In this document: one piece after another, positions 22,653 through 34,144 of the stretch | How the letters are laid out: the number at the start of each line of letters is the position of its first letter | How positions within the stretch are numbered: position 1 is the first letter of the stretch | Assembly: GCA_028277845.1 (NCBI GenBank) | Contig: JANQFL010000094.1 | Coordinates: 26,791-90,790 of the forward strand | Reading direction: 5' to 3' | From: Sneathiellales bacterium | GTDB lineage: Bacteria; Pseudomonadota; Alphaproteobacteria; JANQFL01 | Length of the DNA stretch: 64,000 nucleotides | Made by a program: the position numbers and the translations under genes | The notes under the pieces: generated by a model | What the model was told of the DNA's origin: nothing | Seen by the model: the letters and a program-made list of their open reading frames with translations, nothing else | The model's database searches: none

Positions 22653-25073
22653 TTAATGTGTCACGACCCCGTCCAGATCGGATTCCGACTTTGCGCCGGC
22701 AACCTTGTCGACGTCCTCGCCTTCGGCATCGTCCTCGACCCACTCGATCGGAACGAGCGGACGAGTCAATGCCTGGTCGAGAACCTCATCAACGGTGGAC
22801 ACGGCAACGATTTCCAAACCCCGCTTCACGTTGTCGGGAATCTCCGCCAGATCTTTTTCATTGTCTTTTGGAATCAAGACTTTCTTGATGCCGCCGCGAT
22901 GGGCCGCGAGGAGTTTTTCCTTCAGTCCGCCGATGGGCAATACGCGCCCACGCAATGTGACCTCGCCGGTCATGGCAACATCCTTACGCACGGCAATTCC
23001 GGTCAATACCGACACGATCGACGTCACCATGCCGACACCTGCGGACGGTCCGTCCTTCGGCGTCGCCCCTTCGGGCACGTGGATGTGAATGTCGCGTTTG
23101 TCGAATACGGGCGGTTTGATTCCGAAGTCGATGGAGCGGGAACGTACGTAGGACGCCGCGGCCTGAATCGATTCCTGCATGACGTCACCCAGTTTGCCGG
23201 TAATCGTCATCTTGCCCTTGCCCGGCAGCATGACGGCTTCGATGGACAGCAATTCGCCGCCCACTTCCGTCCATGCCAGACCGGTGGTTACGCCGACCAG
23301 GTCTTCGAGTTCCGCTTCCCCGAACCGGAACCGGCGCACGCCGGCATACTTTTCGAGATTGCGGCTGGTGACTTTGACCGCCTTGGTCTTGCCGGTGAGG
23401 ATTTCCTTCACCGCCTTACGGGTCAGGTTGGCCAGTTCGCGCTCCAGATTACGTACGCCGGATTCACGGGTGTAGTACCGGATCAGATCCCGTAGCGCAC
23501 CGTCCGAGATCGACCATTCGCCCGTCTTCAGACCATGCCCCTTGACCTGCTTTTCCATCAGGTGGCGTTTGGCGATTTCGACCTTTTCGTCCTCGGTGTA
23601 ACCGCTGAGACGAATGATCTCCATGCGGTCCAACAACGGCCGGGCCATGTTCATGGTGTTGGCCGTGGTCACGAACATGACGTCGGAGAGGTCGTAGTCG
23701 ACTTCGAGATAATGGTCCTGGAACGTGCCGTTCTGTTCCGGATCGAGAACCTCGAGCAAGGCCGACGAAGGATCGCCGCGGAAGTCGGCGCCCAGTTTGT
23801 CGATCTCGTCGAGCAGGAACAACGGATTGCTCGTCTTGGCCTTTTTCATGCCCTGAATGACCTTGCCGGGCATGGATCCGATATAGGTCCTGCGGTGTCC
23901 GCGCACTTCGGCCTCGTCCCGCACGCCACCCAGGGACATGCGGACGAAATTCCGGCCGGTGGCCCGGGCAATGGACTTGCCAAGGCTGGTCTTACCGACA
24001 CCGGGCGGTCCGACCAGGCAGAGAATCGGGCCTTTCAGCTTGTTGGTCCGGGTTTGCACGGCGAGATATTCGAGGATCCGCTCCTTGACCTTCTCCAGAC
24101 CGTAATGGTCCTGATCGAGGATCTTGGCCGCGTTCTTGATGTCCTTCTTGATGCGGCTGCGCTTGCTCCACGGAATACCCAGCATCCAGTCGAGGTAATT
24201 GCGCACGACGGTGGCTTCGGCCGACATCGGGCTCATGTTGCGGAGCTTCTTCAGCTCGGCCATGGCCTTTTCGTTGGCTTCCTTGCTGAGTTTGGTTTCC
24301 TTGATGCGGTCTTCCAGCTCGCCGAGTTCGTCCTTGCCTTCCTCGGTCTCGCCCAGCTCCTTCTGAATGGCCTTGAGCTGTTCGTTCAGATAGTACTCGC
24401 GCTGGGTCTTCTCCATCTGCCGCTTGACCCGGCTACGGATCTTCTTCTCGACCTGCAGGACACCGATTTCGCCTTCCATCAGCGAATAGACCTTCTCCAG
24501 GCGTTCGGTCACGCTGGGCACTTCCAGCAGTTCCTGCTTCTCGGAAATCTTCAACGCCAGATGCGAGGCAACGGTATCGGCCAGCTTGGACGGGTCGTCG
24601 ATCTGGTTGAGCGAGACCAGCACTTCCGGCGGGACCTTGCGGTTCAGCTTCACGTACTGTTCGAAATGGGCCACGACGGAGCGGCCGAGGGCTTCCAGTT
24701 CCTCGTTCTGAACATCGGCTTCCTCGATCAGCGTCGCGTTGGCCTGGAAGAAGTCCTCGTTCTCGACATAGTCGACGATACGGGCCCGGCTGACGCCTTC
24801 GATCAGCACCTTGACCGTGCCATCCGGCAGTTTGAGCAACTGCAATACGGCCGCCACGGTACCGACGCCGTAAATGTCGTCCTGCCCGGGATCGTCGTCA
24901 CTGGCGTTCTTCTGTGCGACCAGGAGAATCTGCTTGTCCTCCTTCATCACGTCCTCGAGCGCCCGGACGGACTTCTCGCGTCCGACGAAAAGCGGAACGA
25001 TCATGTGCGGGAAAACCACGATATCCCGCAAAGGCAAAATCGGAAATACAGCCGTGTTTGTGGACTCTTGCAT
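22653..25073 (-). CDS. lon: ATP-dependent Lon protease
   Basis: 806 aa with Walker [10 protein letters not shown] and the catalytic serine in PKDGPSAG. Confidence 0.95.
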   Translation of the reverse strand: MQESTNTAVFPILPLRDIVVFPHMIVPLFVGREKSVRALEDVMKEDKQILLVAQKNASDDDPGQDDIYGVGTVAAVLQLLKLPDGTVKVLIEGVSRARIVDYVENEDFFQANATLIEEADVQNEELEALGRSVVAHFEQYVKLNRKVPPEVLVSLNQIDDPSKLADTVASHLALKISEKQELLEVPSVTERLEKVYSLMEGEIGVLQVEKKIRSRVKRQMEKTQREYYLNEQLKAIQKELGETEEGKDELGELEDRIKETKLSKEANEKAMAELKKLRNMSPMSAEATVVRNYLDWMLGIPWSKRSRIKKDIKNAAKILDQDHYGLEKVKERILEYLAVQTRTNKLKGPILCLVGPPGVGKTSLGKSIARATGRNFVRMSLGGVRDEAEVRGHRRTYIGSMPGKVIQGMKKAKTSNPLFLLDEIDKLGADFRGDPSSALLEVLDPEQNGTFQDHYLEVDYDLSDVMFVTTANTMNMARPLLDRMEIIRLSGYTEDEKVEIAKRHLMEKQVKGHGLKTGEWSISDGALRDLIRYYTRESGVRNLERELANLTRKAVKEILTGKTKAVKVTSRNLEKYAGVRRFRFGEAELEDLVGVTTGLAWTEVGGELLSIEAVMLPGKGKMTITGKLGDVMQESIQAAASYVRSRSIDFGIKPPVFDKRDIHIHVPEGATPKDGPSAGVGMVTSIVSVLTGIAVRKDVAMTGEVTLRGRVLPIGGLKEKLLAAHRGGIKKVLIPKDNEKDLAEIPDNVKRGLEIVAVSTVDEVLDQALTRPLVPIEWVEDDAEGEDVDKVAGAKSESDLDGVVTH

Positions 25074-25222
25074 TTTTTTACTTCGCTATGGGCGCGATGG
25101 CGCGCCAGGAAAATCAATTGCTGAAGACCCGAATAGTCGACCGCAAGGTCTGAAGACATCACCAGTTACAATCTGGCGCGCGGTTACGAGCCCTTCAAGG
25201 GGGTGATCGTCGATCAATCGGA

Positions 25223-26491
25223 TCAAGCGCTGGTGCCGAGATCTTCGCGCTGCCGGTCGGCGTATATGTAGAGCGGCTGCGCACGTCCTTCGACGACTTC
25301 CTTGTTGATGACGATTTCCTCGACGCCATCCAGGCTGGGCAAATCGTACATGGAATCCAGCAGGATGTTTTCCATGATCGACCGCAGTCCTCGGGCACCG
25401 GTCTTGCGGGCGATGGCCCGGCCGGCCACGGCGCGCAAGGCGTCGTCCGAGAACGTCAGCTTGATGTCTTCCATGTCGTAGAGGCGCTGATACTGCTTCA
25501 CCAGGGCATTCTTCGGTTCGGACAGAATCTCGACAAGGGCTTCTTCGTTCAGATCCGACAGCGTGGCAATGACCGGCAGACGGCCGACGAATTCCGGGAT
25601 CAGGCCGAACTTGAGCAGGTCTTCCGGCTCGACGCTCTTGAGGATTTCACCGGTCTGGCGTTCGTCGGGCGCCCGGACATCGGCGCCGAAGCCGATGGAC
25701 GATCCCTTGCCGCGGCGAGAGATGATTTTCTCCAGGCCGGCGAACGCGCCGCCGACGATGAACAGGATATTCGTCGTATCGACCTGCAGGAACTCCTGCT
25801 GCGGATGCTTGCGGCCGCCCTGGGGCGGGACGCTGGCAACGGTGCCTTCCATGATCTTCAGCAAGGCCTGCTGCACGCCCTCCCCCGATACGTCACGGGT
25901 GATGGACGGGTTGTCGGACTTGCGGCTGATCTTGTCGACTTCGTCGATGTAGACGATGCCGCGCTGGGCCCGCTCAACATTGTAGTCGGCGGCCTGCAGT
26001 AGCTTGAGGATGATGTTCTCGACGTCTTCGCCGACGTAACCGGCTTCCGTCAGAGTCGTGGCGTCCGCCATGGTGAACGGCACATCGAGGATGCGGGCGA
26101 GAGTCTGGGCCAGCAGGGTCTTGCCGCAGCCGGTCGGGCCGATCAGCAGAATGTTCGACTTGGCCAACTCGACGTCGTTGTTCTTGTCGCCGTGGCTCAG
26201 CCGCTTGTAGTGGTTGTGCACGGCAACGGACAGAACGCGTTTGGCCAGTTCCTGGCCGACCACATAGTCGTTGAGGACACGGTTGATGTCGGCCGGGGTC
26301 GGAACGCCGTCGCGGGTCTTGACCAGGGCGCTCTTGTGCTCTTCACGGATGATATCCATGCAGAGCTCGACGCACTCGTCGCAGATAAACACGGTCGGCC
26401 CGGCAATGAGCTTGCGCACTTCGTGCTGACTCTTGCCGCAGAACGAGCAATACAACGTGTTTTTCGAGTCTCCGCCGCTAAGCTTGGTCAT
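25223..26491 (-). CDS. clpX: ATP-dependent Clp protease ATP-binding subunit ClpX
   Basis: Zinc finger [26 protein letters not shown] and Walker A GPTGCGKT. The true start is MTKLSGG at 26491. The track ORF is extended by 32 aa. Confidence 0.95.
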   Translation of the reverse strand: MTKLSGGDSKNTLYCSFCGKSQHEVRKLIAGPTVFICDECVELCMDIIREEHKSALVKTRDGVPTPADINRVLNDYVVGQELAKRVLSVAVHNHYKRLSHGDKNNDVELAKSNILLIGPTGCGKTLLAQTLARILDVPFTMADATTLTEAGYVGEDVENIILKLLQAADYNVERAQRGIVYIDEVDKISRKSDNPSITRDVSGEGVQQALLKIMEGTVASVPPQGGRKHPQQEFLQVDTTNILFIVGGAFAGLEKIISRRGKGSSIGFGADVRAPDERQTGEILKSVEPEDLLKFGLIPEFVGRLPVIATLSDLNEEALVEILSEPKNALVKQYQRLYDMEDIKLTFSDDALRAVAGRAIARKTGARGLRSIMENILLDSMYDLPSLDGVEEIVINKEVVEGRAQPLYIYADRQREDLGTSA

Positions 26492-26674
26492 GGGAACTCC
26501 GTTCTTCGACCGTTCCGCTATCGTATCCTTGGGCCCTACCGTGTAACAACCGAAAACTACATATGGCGGTTGTTCGGAAAAAATCACCCAGAAGTTGACA
26601 GGTTATCCGATCAATACCCTCGTTTATGCCAGAATACTAGCCTTTGCCCGCATAACATTTCGTAAACAATCAGG

Positions 26675-27340
26675 CTACTGCGAATCGTTATCCGACCCTT
26701 CCTGGCCGCCTTCATCATCATCTTCCGTCGGCGGGCGGTTTTCCACGACGTCGTCGATCAAACCGAACTCCTTGGCCGCCTCCGCCGTCATGAATGTATC
26801 GCGCTCCATGACTTTTTCGACGTCCGCAAGAGTACGGCCCGTATGGTTAACATAGATTTCGTTCAGCCGCTCGCGGGTTTCCAGGATATTGCGGGCGTGG
26901 ATTTCGATATCCGTCGCCTGCCCCTGATAGCCGCCGGAAGGCTGATGGGTCATGACCCGGGCGTTCGGCAGGGCAAAGCGCATACCCGCGGCGCCTGCCG
27001 TCAGCAGCAACGAGCCCATCGACGCGGCCTGGCCGATGCACAGGGTCGAAATTTTCGGCCGAACATACTGCATGGTGTCATAGATCGCCATGCCGGACGT
27101 CACGATTCCGCCCGGCGAATTGATATAAATGGCGATGTCCTTCTTCGGATTTTCCGCTTCCAGGAACAGCAGCTGGGCTGTCACCAGGCTGGCGACGTTG
27201 TCGTCGATGCCGCCCGTCACAAAAATGATTCGCTCCTTCAGCAGGCGCGAATAGATGTCGTAAGCCCGCTCGCCCCGGTTGGTCTGTTCGACCACCATGG
27301 GCACCAGGGTGTTCATGTACGTCTCGATGATATCGGCCAT
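26675..27340 (-). CDS. clpP: ATP-dependent Clp protease proteolytic subunit ClpP
   Basis: GQAASMG catalytic-serine motif, His in HQP, 221 aa. Confidence 0.95.
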   Translation of the reverse strand: MADIIETYMNTLVPMVVEQTNRGERAYDIYSRLLKERIIFVTGGIDDNVASLVTAQLLFLEAENPKKDIAIYINSPGGIVTSGMAIYDTMQYVRPKISTLCIGQAASMGSLLLTAGAAGMRFALPNARVMTHQPSGGYQGQATDIEIHARNILETRERLNEIYVNHTGRTLADVEKVMERDTFMTAEAAKEFGLIDDVVENRPPTEDDDEGGQEGSDNDSQ

Positions 27341-27468
27341 GTTTCGATCAATTCCGCTTTCAAATCAGGCTGGAAACGGTTTGTACCCGGCAAAGGTGAA
27401 CCGTTTCCCAATAAACGTCGTGAAGCTTTATATAGGGATTGCCGCCCCGGTCAAAACACCCGGCCGGC

Positions 27469-28917
27469 CTACTCGTCTGCTGTGTCGTCCTTCTTGGCCT
27501 TGGTTTTGGTGGTCTTGGCGGCTGCTTTCTTGGCGCCGGACTTGGCTGATTTGGATTTGGACTTCGGCTTGGCTTTGGCATCTTCCGACGCCTCCTCGTC
27601 CGGATCCTTCATCAGCTCCTCGCGGTTGACCGTCTTGTCGGTCACCTTCGCCATCTCGACGATGAAATCGACGACCTTGTCCTCGAAGATCGGCGCCCGC
27701 AGCTGATCGACCGCCTGTGGGTTTTTCTCGTAGAACTCCATGACCTGGCGTTCCTGGCCGGGATAGTTGCGGGCCTGTTCGAAGACCGCGCGCTGGAGTT
27801 CGTCCTGTTGGATCTCGATATTGTTGGCGCGCCCGACTTCGGCCAGCACCAGCCCGAGGCGGACACGGCGCTCGGCGATGGCCTGATATTCGGCCTTCAG
27901 TTCATCGTCCGACTTCTCGGCGTCGTCGTCTTCGCCGACGCCGCTCGCTTTGCGCTGTTCCTCGATCTGGCTCCATATGGCGTCGAACTCGCTCTTCACC
28001 ATGCCGTCCGGCACCGGGAAGTCGTGGCCGTCTTCCAGCTTGTCCAGCAGTTCCCGCTTCAGGCGGGCGCGGGAGAGATTGTTGTTCTCCTGCTCCATCT
28101 GCGGCTTGATGGCTTCGCGCAAGGCGGCCAGGTTTTCCAGGCCCATTTTGGTCGCCAGGTCGTCATCGATCGCGGCCTCGCTGGCCTCCTGGACTTCCTT
28201 GACGTCGACCTCGAACACGGCGTCCTTGCCGGCCAGTTCAGCCGCGCCGTAATCGTCGGGGAACGCGACCTTGACTTCGACCTGATCTCCGCCCTTGGCG
28301 CCGATCAACTGGTCTTCGAAGCCCGGAATGAACGTGTTGCTGCCCAGTTCGAGCTGGAAATCGGTGCCGGCGCCGCCTTCGAAGGCCTCGCCGTCCACCT
28401 TGCCGACAAAGTCGATGAGCAGGGCGTCACCAGCCTTGGATTTGCGGTTGCGGGCGACCTTGGTGAAGGATTTCTGGTGCTCTGCCAGCTGTTTCAGTGC
28501 CGCATCCACCTCGTCGTCCGTCACTTCGACCTTGAGCCGTTCGATTTCGAGCTTGGAAAAGTCCATGGGTTCGAAATCGGGCATGATCTCGACGCTCATG
28601 GTGTATTCCAGGTCGGTGCCTTCCTCGAACTTGGTGATTTCGATGGACGGCTGGGTGGCCGGACGCAGGTCGCGCTCCATGAGCGTCTGCTGCGAGGACG
28701 ACGTCACCGCCTCCTCGATCACTTCGCCGGTTACCGACGCGCCGAACCGCTTTTTCAGCAGGCCGACCGGGACCTTGCCCGGGCGAAAACCGGGGAGTTG
28801 CACCTGCTCGCTGAGGGTCTGGAGCTTCGAACTGATTTTCTCGTCGATTTCCTTCGCGGCCAATACGATCGTGTATTCGCGCTTGAGGCCTTCCGAGGCG
28901 GTTTCGGTAACTTGCAT
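27469..28917 (-). CDS. tig: Trigger factor
   Basis: Start MQVTETASEGLKREY at 28917, PPIase middle domain, Lys/Ala-rich C-terminal tail. The track ORF extension runs through tRNA-Leu. Confidence 0.9.
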   Translation of the reverse strand: MQVTETASEGLKREYTIVLAAKEIDEKISSKLQTLSEQVQLPGFRPGKVPVGLLKKRFGASVTGEVIEEAVTSSSQQTLMERDLRPATQPSIEITKFEEGTDLEYTMSVEIMPDFEPMDFSKLEIERLKVEVTDDEVDAALKQLAEHQKSFTKVARNRKSKAGDALLIDFVGKVDGEAFEGGAGTDFQLELGSNTFIPGFEDQLIGAKGGDQVEVKVAFPDDYGAAELAGKDAVFEVDVKEVQEASEAAIDDDLATKMGLENLAALREAIKPQMEQENNNLSRARLKRELLDKLEDGHDFPVPDGMVKSEFDAIWSQIEEQRKASGVGEDDDAEKSDDELKAEYQAIAERRVRLGLVLAEVGRANNIEIQQDELQRAVFEQARNYPGQERQVMEFYEKNPQAVDQLRAPIFEDKVVDFIVEMAKVTDKTVNREELMKDPDEEASEDAKAKPKSKSKSAKSGAKKAAAKTTKTKAKKDDTADE

Positions 28918-29002
28918 GAATGCCTTCGTTCTTTGTCGTCTGTGTTCCCTGGGCCGGAACCTTGAGCCGTCAGGCCGGTACCCGATCCGTTGCAATCCGC
29001 GA

Positions 29003-29089
29003 TGGTGCGGGCGGAGGGACTCGAACCCCCACGACAGTGAAGTCACCAGGACCTAAACCTGGCGCGTCTACCAGTTCCGCCACGCCCGC
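29003..29089 (-). tRNA. tRNA-Leu: tRNA-Leu (anticodon TAG), long variable arm
   Basis: Reverse complement reads GCGGGCGTGGCGGAACTGGTAGACGCGCCAGGTTTAGGTCCTGGTGACTTCACTGTCGTGGGGGTTCGAGTCCCTCCGCCCGCACCA. Confidence 0.8.
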
Positions 29090-29286
29090 GCGGCACGGGC
29101 CGTGAAATATGGGATTCCGCGGCCAATGTCACGAAGCCGCCTCTATAACACAACTATTTCTGCCAACACTAGAGCGCTTTTTGCCTGATTTTCAGGGGCA
29201 TGCGGATAGGTCGACCACTGTCGGCGGACAGTCCCGGGAGCGATCGGTCGCGGTTGGAGAGCAGTTGAAGAACAGGAGGCGGGAAA

Positions 29287-29613
29287 CTAGTGGGCCATCG
29301 CGGCCATGTCGGCCACGGGCGGGCGCTTGCCGGCGACTTCGGTGTACAGGCTGGAAAAGGATTCCAGCGCCAGCATCTTGGTGCCTTCGAATTCCTCCCG
29401 GTTGGGAGTCGAATAGGACACCCGGTAGCGCACATGGGGGATGCCGAATCCGTCATCGCCGATCCACAGCACTTCGACGCGCTCGATCATGTTACCGTTG
29501 TGGAGGCGCTCGTACCGCGCTCCCTCGGTAATCTCATTGGCTTTGGCTCGCTTAAAAAACATTAAGATACGATCTCGGTCCCGGAGACATTCGTTCTTGC
29601 TACCGGTTCGCAT
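29287..29613 (-). CDS. Hypothetical protein (108 aa), no recognisable family
   Basis: An ORF in AT-rich DNA between tRNA-Leu and the decarboxylase gene. No convincing ribosome-binding site at any candidate start. Confidence 0.3.
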   Translation of the reverse strand: MRTGSKNECLRDRDRILMFFKRAKANEITEGARYERLHNGNMIERVEVLWIGDDGFGIPHVRYRVSYSTPNREEFEGTKMLALESFSSLYTEVAGKRPPVADMAAMAH

Positions 29614-29702
29614 CTTGCAGTTGAGTTGTAAAAGAAAGCTTAACTAAAACAATGGATTTAGAGCTATTTTCTGACACTTTTCCTTGAGCACGGAACCACT
29701 GC

Positions 29703-31112
29703 TCACAGACGCAGCAGCCGCTTGACGGCGGTCGAGGCCGCCACCTGCCCCTTGCCGCGGTAGGCTTCGTGGTTCGCCTCGATATCTTCCAGCTTGTACC
29801 GGTAGTTCACCATCATGCCCGCCGACTGCGTCATTCCGGCCTTGGATACATTGGCCCGCCAGTTGATCCGCTCCACCCGCGCCCCATTCGACAGATGGAA
29901 ATGACCGACCCGGTCACGGGCGTATTCATGGCGTTTTTCATTGAGCAGGTAATGCGCGCACAGACGGAGTAACGGTGCCTCCAGCAACGAGACCAGCGCT
30001 TCATCCTGTATCCAATCGGGCCGGGCCAGCACGTCTGTCAATTTTGTGTCATCTACGAGCTGGGCCAGTTTTTCGGCCTCGACCGGTTTGAGCAACTCGG
30101 CACCCCCCGCCTCTTCCGCCTCCGAAAGCCATTTCATGAAGCCGGGAATGGGCGACAAGGTGGCGAAATTCTTCAGGTTGTGGAAATGGCCGGTTAAATC
30201 ATCGACGACGCGTTTGATGAGGAAGTCCCCGAAACTGACCCCGGCCAAACCCCGCTGGCAGTTGGATATGGAGTAGAATATCGCCGTATCGGCCTTGTGC
30301 GGGTCTTCCGCCGGCATGGATTCGTCCAGCAGGGTGTGGATGTTGTCCGAAATGCCGGTCACCAGGGCAACCTCGACGAAAATCAACGGCTCGTCGGGCA
30401 TGCGGGGATGAAAGAAGGCAAAGCAACGCCGATCGGAATCCAATCGGTTCTTGAGGTCGTCCCACGACCGGATCTGGTGCACCGCCTCGTAGGCGATGAG
30501 CTTTTCCAGCAACGCGGCCGGCGACTGCCAGTGAATGCGTTGCAGGTTGAGAAAGCCGACGTCGAACCAGGTGGCCAGGAGCTGTTTCAAATCCCGGTCC
30601 ATGGCGGCCATGGCGGCATCGCCGCGCGCGAGGGGCAACAGATCGGCCCGCATTTCCACCAAAAACTTAATACCTTCCGGCAATCCGTTGAATTGCGTGA
30701 ATAATTTGATTCTTGGTGATTCGAGCGCCTGGCGCAACTCCGATTGTGCCCGGTCCCGCTCATCATCGTTGCCGGCCGACCGGTACGCCTCGATGGCGAT
30801 ATCCACGGTGCGCCGCTCCGTGCCGAGTTCGTTGGCGACGATGCGGAGAAATCGCTCACGCCCCAGGGCATTGAGCGCCAGATAGCCCCGCCCCAGATCG
30901 GCGGCCCGGGCCCGGGCGGAAACCTCGCCCCCCGTGCCGCTGACGCACAGTTCGATGCGCCGGCGCACCAGGTCCTGATCCGCCTCCGGTAGGTCGGGAT
31001 GCAAAATACCGGACAAGTCGCCGTCCTTGGCGGCACCGGCCACATCGCGCCAGGCGCGGCGCAGGCTCCATAGGGTGCGGTCAATCAGGTTGCTGTTGGA
31101 CATTTCATTCAT
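29703..31112 (-). CDS. Malonyl-CoA decarboxylase family protein
   Basis: About 469 aa with MCD-family features (FHLSNGARVERINW, LSPIPGF). The start is uncertain: TTG at 31148, ATG at 31112 or ATG at 31103. Confidence 0.75.
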   Translation of the reverse strand: MNEMSNSNLIDRTLWSLRRAWRDVAGAAKDGDLSGILHPDLPEADQDLVRRRIELCVSGTGGEVSARARAADLGRGYLALNALGRERFLRIVANELGTERRTVDIAIEAYRSAGNDDERDRAQSELRQALESPRIKLFTQFNGLPEGIKFLVEMRADLLPLARGDAAMAAMDRDLKQLLATWFDVGFLNLQRIHWQSPAALLEKLIAYEAVHQIRSWDDLKNRLDSDRRCFAFFHPRMPDEPLIFVEVALVTGISDNIHTLLDESMPAEDPHKADTAIFYSISNCQRGLAGVSFGDFLIKRVVDDLTGHFHNLKNFATLSPIPGFMKWLSEAEEAGGAELLKPVEAEKLAQLVDDTKLTDVLARPDWIQDEALVSLLEAPLLRLCAHYLLNEKRHEYARDRVGHFHLSNGARVERINWRANVSKAGMTQSAGMMVNYRYKLEDIEANHEAYRGKGQVAASTAVKRLLRL

Positions 31113-31174
31113 AACGGGAACTCTGCAAGAGCCGCCACACGTTCGCAAGAGGCAATCCGTCGCGACGGTTTGGG

Positions 31175-32689
31175 TTACGCGGGATCAGATTGCAGCAAAT
31201 CCTTTAACATCATGAGTATCCCCGGCAGTTGATCCGGCAGGTCTTCGGCAATCAAGCCGGGGCCGAATGCCGAAGCGGCGGCGCCGTGCAGCCAGACGGC
31301 GGCGCAGGCGGCTTCGAACGGTGCCATGCCCTGAACCATCAGTCCCAGCACGAAGCCGGCCAGCACATCACCGGACCCTGCCGTCGCGAGGGTGGCAGGC
31401 GCGTTGTCATTGATTGCAACACGACCGTCGGGCGACGCGATCACGGTATCCGGTCCCTTGCGCACAATAACGGCGCCACTGCGCCGGGCCGCCGCGCGCG
31501 TACCGGCCAAGCGGTCCTCTTCGGTCAAGTCGGCGAACAAACGGGCGTATTCGCCGTCATGCGGGGTCATGACCGTGCTGGCGGAGACACGGTCGAACAA
31601 CTCCTCCGGTTCGTCCCCGAACACGGTCAACGCGTCGGCATCCAGCACCGCGGCCTTGCCGGTGTCCAGAAGCGCCACCGCACATTGCCTAGTCAGCGCG
31701 GTGACCCCGTGGCCGGGGCCGATCAGGAAGCCATGCCGCTTGCGGTCGGCGACAAAGGCCGTCAATTCGTCCACATGATTGTAAGGCTTGGTCATCACCG
31801 CGGTCAGGCCGGCCGCATACACCGGCAACGCGCCCGACGGGCAGGCCACCGTGACCAGCCCCGCCCCGGTCCGCAACGCCCCGCGCGCGGCCAACCTGGC
31901 GGCGCCGGTCATGGGCAATGCCCCGCCGCAAACGACACCATGTCCACGGGCATATTTATGGCCCTCGTCTCCCGGCCACGGAAACGCATCCAGCCAAAGG
32001 CCCGGGCCGTTTTTCCATTGCCGGGGCCGGATTTCGGACAGCACAGTCTCCGGAATGCCGATATCGACGACCAAGACCTCGCCACACCGGCCCCGCCCGG
32101 GGTACAGCAGATGGCCCGGCTTGGCCCGGAAAAACGTCACCGTCAGCGCGGCCTTGAACGCCGCGCCCATGACCTGGCCGGTCCCCCCATGAACGCCGCT
32201 CGGCACATCCACGGCGACGACCGGGATGGCATCGGCGGCGGCCCGTTCGATCAGGCCGGCAAGAAAGACCGGCACGTCACGGCCCAATCCGGCACCGAAT
32301 ACGGCGTCGACAATCAGTTCGGCGCCGCCGACGTCAACCGTTTCCAGTTCCTCGACCGGTCCTGCCCACCGTCCCGCCATGTGGGCGGCATCGCCCTTGA
32401 GGTTGGCGACCGGCCCCCACAGCGCAACCCGCACGGACCATCCGGCGTCCTGCAGCAGCCGGGCGATGACGAAACCGTCACCACCGTTGTTGCCGGGACC
32501 GCACAGGACAAAAACGTTTCTTGGCCGCCAGCGATCACAAATAGCCTCGGCGATACCGGCGCCGGCATTTTCCATGAGCACCTGCCCCGGCACGCCACCG
32601 TCGATGGTCAGGGAATCCGCCCGATACATCTCCTCGATGGTCAGCAGTGCCGCCGCATCGCGATCCGGCAGGTGGGAGGCACCGCTCAT
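31175..32689 (-). CDS. nnr: Bifunctional NAD(P)H-hydrate repair enzyme Nnr (epimerase + ADP-dependent dehydratase)
   Basis: VFVLCGPGNNGGDGFVIARLL YjeF-N motif and GPGLG carbohydrate-kinase C-domain. 4-nt overlap with the upstream amidase gene. Confidence 0.8.
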   Translation of the reverse strand: MSGASHLPDRDAAALLTIEEMYRADSLTIDGGVPGQVLMENAGAGIAEAICDRWRPRNVFVLCGPGNNGGDGFVIARLLQDAGWSVRVALWGPVANLKGDAAHMAGRWAGPVEELETVDVGGAELIVDAVFGAGLGRDVPVFLAGLIERAAADAIPVVAVDVPSGVHGGTGQVMGAAFKAALTVTFFRAKPGHLLYPGRGRCGEVLVVDIGIPETVLSEIRPRQWKNGPGLWLDAFPWPGDEGHKYARGHGVVCGGALPMTGAARLAARGALRTGAGLVTVACPSGALPVYAAGLTAVMTKPYNHVDELTAFVADRKRHGFLIGPGHGVTALTRQCAVALLDTGKAAVLDADALTVFGDEPEELFDRVSASTVMTPHDGEYARLFADLTEEDRLAGTRAAARRSGAVIVRKGPDTVIASPDGRVAINDNAPATLATAGSGDVLAGFVLGLMVQGMAPFEAACAAVWLHGAAASAFGPGLIAEDLPDQLPGILMMLKDLLQSDPA

Positions 32690-34086
32690 GACAAGTTCGG
32701 TGTCTTATCCGCCCACGGCCGCACCTGTTCGAATGCCCGGGCCGCAAGCAGGACCAAGCCATCGGCGTGCATGGGACCGACAATCTGCAGTCCGGCCGGC
32801 AACCCATCGGAGGTGAAGCCGCATGGCACCGTCGCCGCCGGTTGCTGGGTCAGGTTGAAGGGATAACTGAACGGCGTCCAGTTGGTCCAATCTTCGCCAT
32901 CCGACCCTTCCGGTTCCAGCCGGCCGACACCGAACGCGGGCACGGCCAGCGAGGGCGTCAGCAACAGATCGAACCGCGTGTGGAATTCGCACATGGTTAC
33001 GCCGAGTTCGCCGCGCGCGTTGACCGCCGCAGTATATTCGAGCGAGGTGTATTCCCGTCCCTTGCGCACGATGTTGACCAACGGCGCGTCGACCAGGTCC
33101 AGTTCACTATCCGACAGTGCCCGCAATCCATTGGCCGCGCCCGCATACCATAGCGTGTGAAATATCGGCTGCGGGTTTTCGAAGCCGGGGTCAACCTGCT
33201 CCACATGCGCGCCCAGGTCCTCGAACGCCTTGACGGCTTTGTCCACAAGGCCCGCGATTTCCGGATGCACGTCGGCATAGCCCAAGTCGGGACTGTAGGC
33301 GATCCGCAGCCCTTTGATCCCGTCATCGAGGCCGTCCCTGTAGTCGGCGTTGTCATAGGGCAAGGAAAACCAATCGCGATGATCGGGCCTGGCCAGGACA
33401 CTCAGCATCAGCGCGCCATCCGTCACCGTGCGCGACATGGGTCCGACATGCGACAGCGTGCCGAAGGGACTGAGCGGATACGCCGGCACGCGACCAAAGC
33501 TCGGCTTGTGGCCGAAAATGCCGGTGAATCCCGCGGGAATACGGATCGAACCGCCGCCGTCGGTGCCGATCGCCAGCGGACCCATGCCCGCGGCGACCTG
33601 CGCGGAAGCACCACCGCTGGATCCGCCGGGCGTTTTCTCCAGGTTCCAGGGGTTCCGGGTGATACCGGTGCGCGGGCTGTCGGTGACGCCTTTCCAGCCG
33701 AACTCCGGCGTCGTCGTCTTGCCCAGCAGGACCGCGCCGGCCTCCTTCAATCGGGCCGTCACCGGTGCATCAACGTCCCAGTCCTGGTTCTTGTCGATGG
33801 TCAGCGATCCGCGCAGCGTCGGCCAGCCCGTGGTCAGCACCAGGTCCTTGATGGACACCGGCACCCCGTCCAAGGGACCAACCGGTGTACCGGCGTGCCA
33901 GCGCTCCTGTGACAACCGCGCCGAATTCATCGCAGCCTCGTGGTCGACGAGGCAGTAGGCGTTTATTTGCCCGTTTACGGCGTCAATCCGGCCGAGGACG
34001 GCGGAGGTCACGTCGACCGGCGACAAGTCGCCCGACCGGTAATTCTCGACCATCTCGGAAGCGGGCATATAGATCAATTCGTTCAT
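32686..34086 (-). CDS. Amidase-signature family amidase
   Basis: GGSSGGASAQVAAGMGPLAIGTDGGGSIRIPA amidase-signature Ser-cisSer-Lys region, 466 aa. Confidence 0.8.
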   Translation of the reverse strand: MNELIYMPASEMVENYRSGDLSPVDVTSAVLGRIDAVNGQINAYCLVDHEAAMNSARLSQERWHAGTPVGPLDGVPVSIKDLVLTTGWPTLRGSLTIDKNQDWDVDAPVTARLKEAGAVLLGKTTTPEFGWKGVTDSPRTGITRNPWNLEKTPGGSSGGASAQVAAGMGPLAIGTDGGGSIRIPAGFTGIFGHKPSFGRVPAYPLSPFGTLSHVGPMSRTVTDGALMLSVLARPDHRDWFSLPYDNADYRDGLDDGIKGLRIAYSPDLGYADVHPEIAGLVDKAVKAFEDLGAHVEQVDPGFENPQPIFHTLWYAGAANGLRALSDSELDLVDAPLVNIVRKGREYTSLEYTAAVNARGELGVTMCEFHTRFDLLLTPSLAVPAFGVGRLEPEGSDGEDWTNWTPFSYPFNLTQQPAATVPCGFTSDGLPAGLQIVGPMHADGLVLLAARAFEQVRPWADKTPNLS

Positions 34087-34144
34087 CGGCTGTCGTCCCT
34101 ACCATTGCCGCCATACCATGCGACGGTTATAACGCGATTTCGGG

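Noticed and set aside
22656-25124. Plus-strand ORFs 22656-23495 and 23535-25124 (529 aa)
   Set aside because: They are antisense to lon.
25074-25222. Sigma-32 heat-shock promoter upstream of lon
   Set aside because: It is expected biologically, but no convincing CTTGAAA-N13-15-CCCCATNT match could be placed by eye, so it is not called.
27808-28965. 385-aa plus-strand ORF
   Set aside because: It is antisense to the trigger factor gene.
28920-29105. Small ORFs around 28920-29105 and 38723-39268
   Set aside because: They overlap tRNA-Leu and tRNA-His respectively.
31229-32866. 545-aa plus-strand ORF; likewise 39386-40888 (500 aa) and 41001-42299 (432 aa)
   Set aside because: They are antisense to nnr plus the amidase, to the aminotransferase, and to the MR-family gene respectively.
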